Of a stretch of DNA of 64,000 nt, positions 63,111-64,000 are shown piece by piece (position 1 is the stretch's first letter; the number at the start of each line of letters is the position of its first letter). Source of the stretch: Eledone cirrhosa (Eukaryota); NCBI GenBank assembly GCA_964016885.1, contig OZ024754.1, positions 33,852,001 to 33,916,000 on the forward strand, in the 5' to 3' direction. A program made the translations under genes and the position numbers. Under the pieces are notes generated by a model. That model saw nothing but the letters and a program-made list of their open reading frames with translations. It had not been told where the DNA came from and made no database searches.

Positions 63111-63732
63111 AACAATAATATACGTGAACGACAAAGCATAAATGAATTGAGAGAGAGACTGAGCATAAGAGGAATCAAATGCTGTGTGCAGGAGAGGCGG
63201 TTGCGCTGGTATGGACATGTGATGCGTATGAAGGATGATAGCTGCATAAAAAGGTGCAGAGCATTAGAAGTTGATGGAAACCGCGGAGTGGGGAGACCCA
63301 AGATGACCTGGGATGAGGTGATAAAAGCCGACCTTACCCAATTACACCTCTCAAAGACAATGACACACGACCGTGACTTCTGGCGTCACGTAGTAATACA
63401 GAGTACCCAACCTCCCATGGGTACAAGCTGAAGCATATAGACAATATGCCCCCACACCCCCCACCGCAAGGTGGTCGTGGAGGTGCCACGGAAAAAAAGC
63501 ACCCAGCCCACACTGTAAAGTGGCCGTGTAGGCGCCACGAAAAAGCACCCAGCACTCACTGTAAATGAGGTTGGTGTTAGGAAGGGCATCCAGCTGTAGA
63601 AATCAAGCCAAATCAGTTCCTGTATGAGCAAGGCATGGTCAGCCGACCAGACACTGCCCACAACAGGACAACCCGTCTAACCCATGCTGCGTGGAAGAAC
63701 GGACGTAAAACGGTGATGATGATGATGATGAT
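63109..63732 (+). mobile_element. RTE LINE 3' fragment with (GAT)n tail
   Basis: ERRLRWYGHVMR..GRPKMTW; same family as 11631-12921. Confidence 0.88.
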
Positions 63733-64000
63733 ATATATATATAAAGAGCTCTGTCCATTTCAACAGCTAGATCAGCCGTTGGGGTCCTGACGCTTTACTA
63801 CTCTACTATCCTAAGTATCGAGTGGAGAGATGCTGTGCTGAATAGGACTCGTCCCACCCTTGCAAGCAGGGAAAAACAGATGTAAAATGATGATGATGAT
63901 AAAGTATATTCTATAAGTTGATAATACAACAGCAAGGCGTTCAGATATTTAATGCTCAGATGTGTTTTTTTCAATATCCAGGTATTTCAGAGGTAAATCC

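Noticed and set aside
62829-63431. 200-aa ORF
   Set aside because: Chimeric read-through of Helitron antisense, (TA)n and an RTE fragment.

Overview
Eukaryotic, AT-rich, repeat-dense animal genomic DNA. The SINE/LINE repertoire and microsatellite load suggest an octopod cephalopod (inference). Four protein-coding genes can be reconstructed, and the spliced ones use phase-consistent GT-AG sites: (1) an intronless Delta(14)-sterol reductase (TM7SF2/LBR-type, minus, 7952-9244), head-to-head with (2) a 13-exon PP2A B'' gamma subunit gene (PPP2R3C, plus, 9583-42585, 467 aa); (3) a convergent GPX1/2-type selenoprotein glutathione peroxidase (minus, 44455-46929, in-frame UGA at codon 43) with a well-formed SECIS at 43840-43921; (4) a 3-exon claudin/PMP22-family tetraspan gene (minus, 53328-61130, 153 aa). 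Non-coding space holds 56-, 40- and 73-bp tandem arrays (the last fills ~98% of a 12-kb intron), tRNA-derived SINEs, RTE, CR1 and RLE-type LINE fragments, Helitrons, a Merlin/IS1595-like remnant and MITEs. The most unexpected signals are several type I hammerhead ribozyme folds (4285, 5639, and sense/antisense copies inside a 360-bp palindrome in PPP2R3C intron 1) and an AAUAAA poly(A) signal embedded in the GPX SECIS apex.
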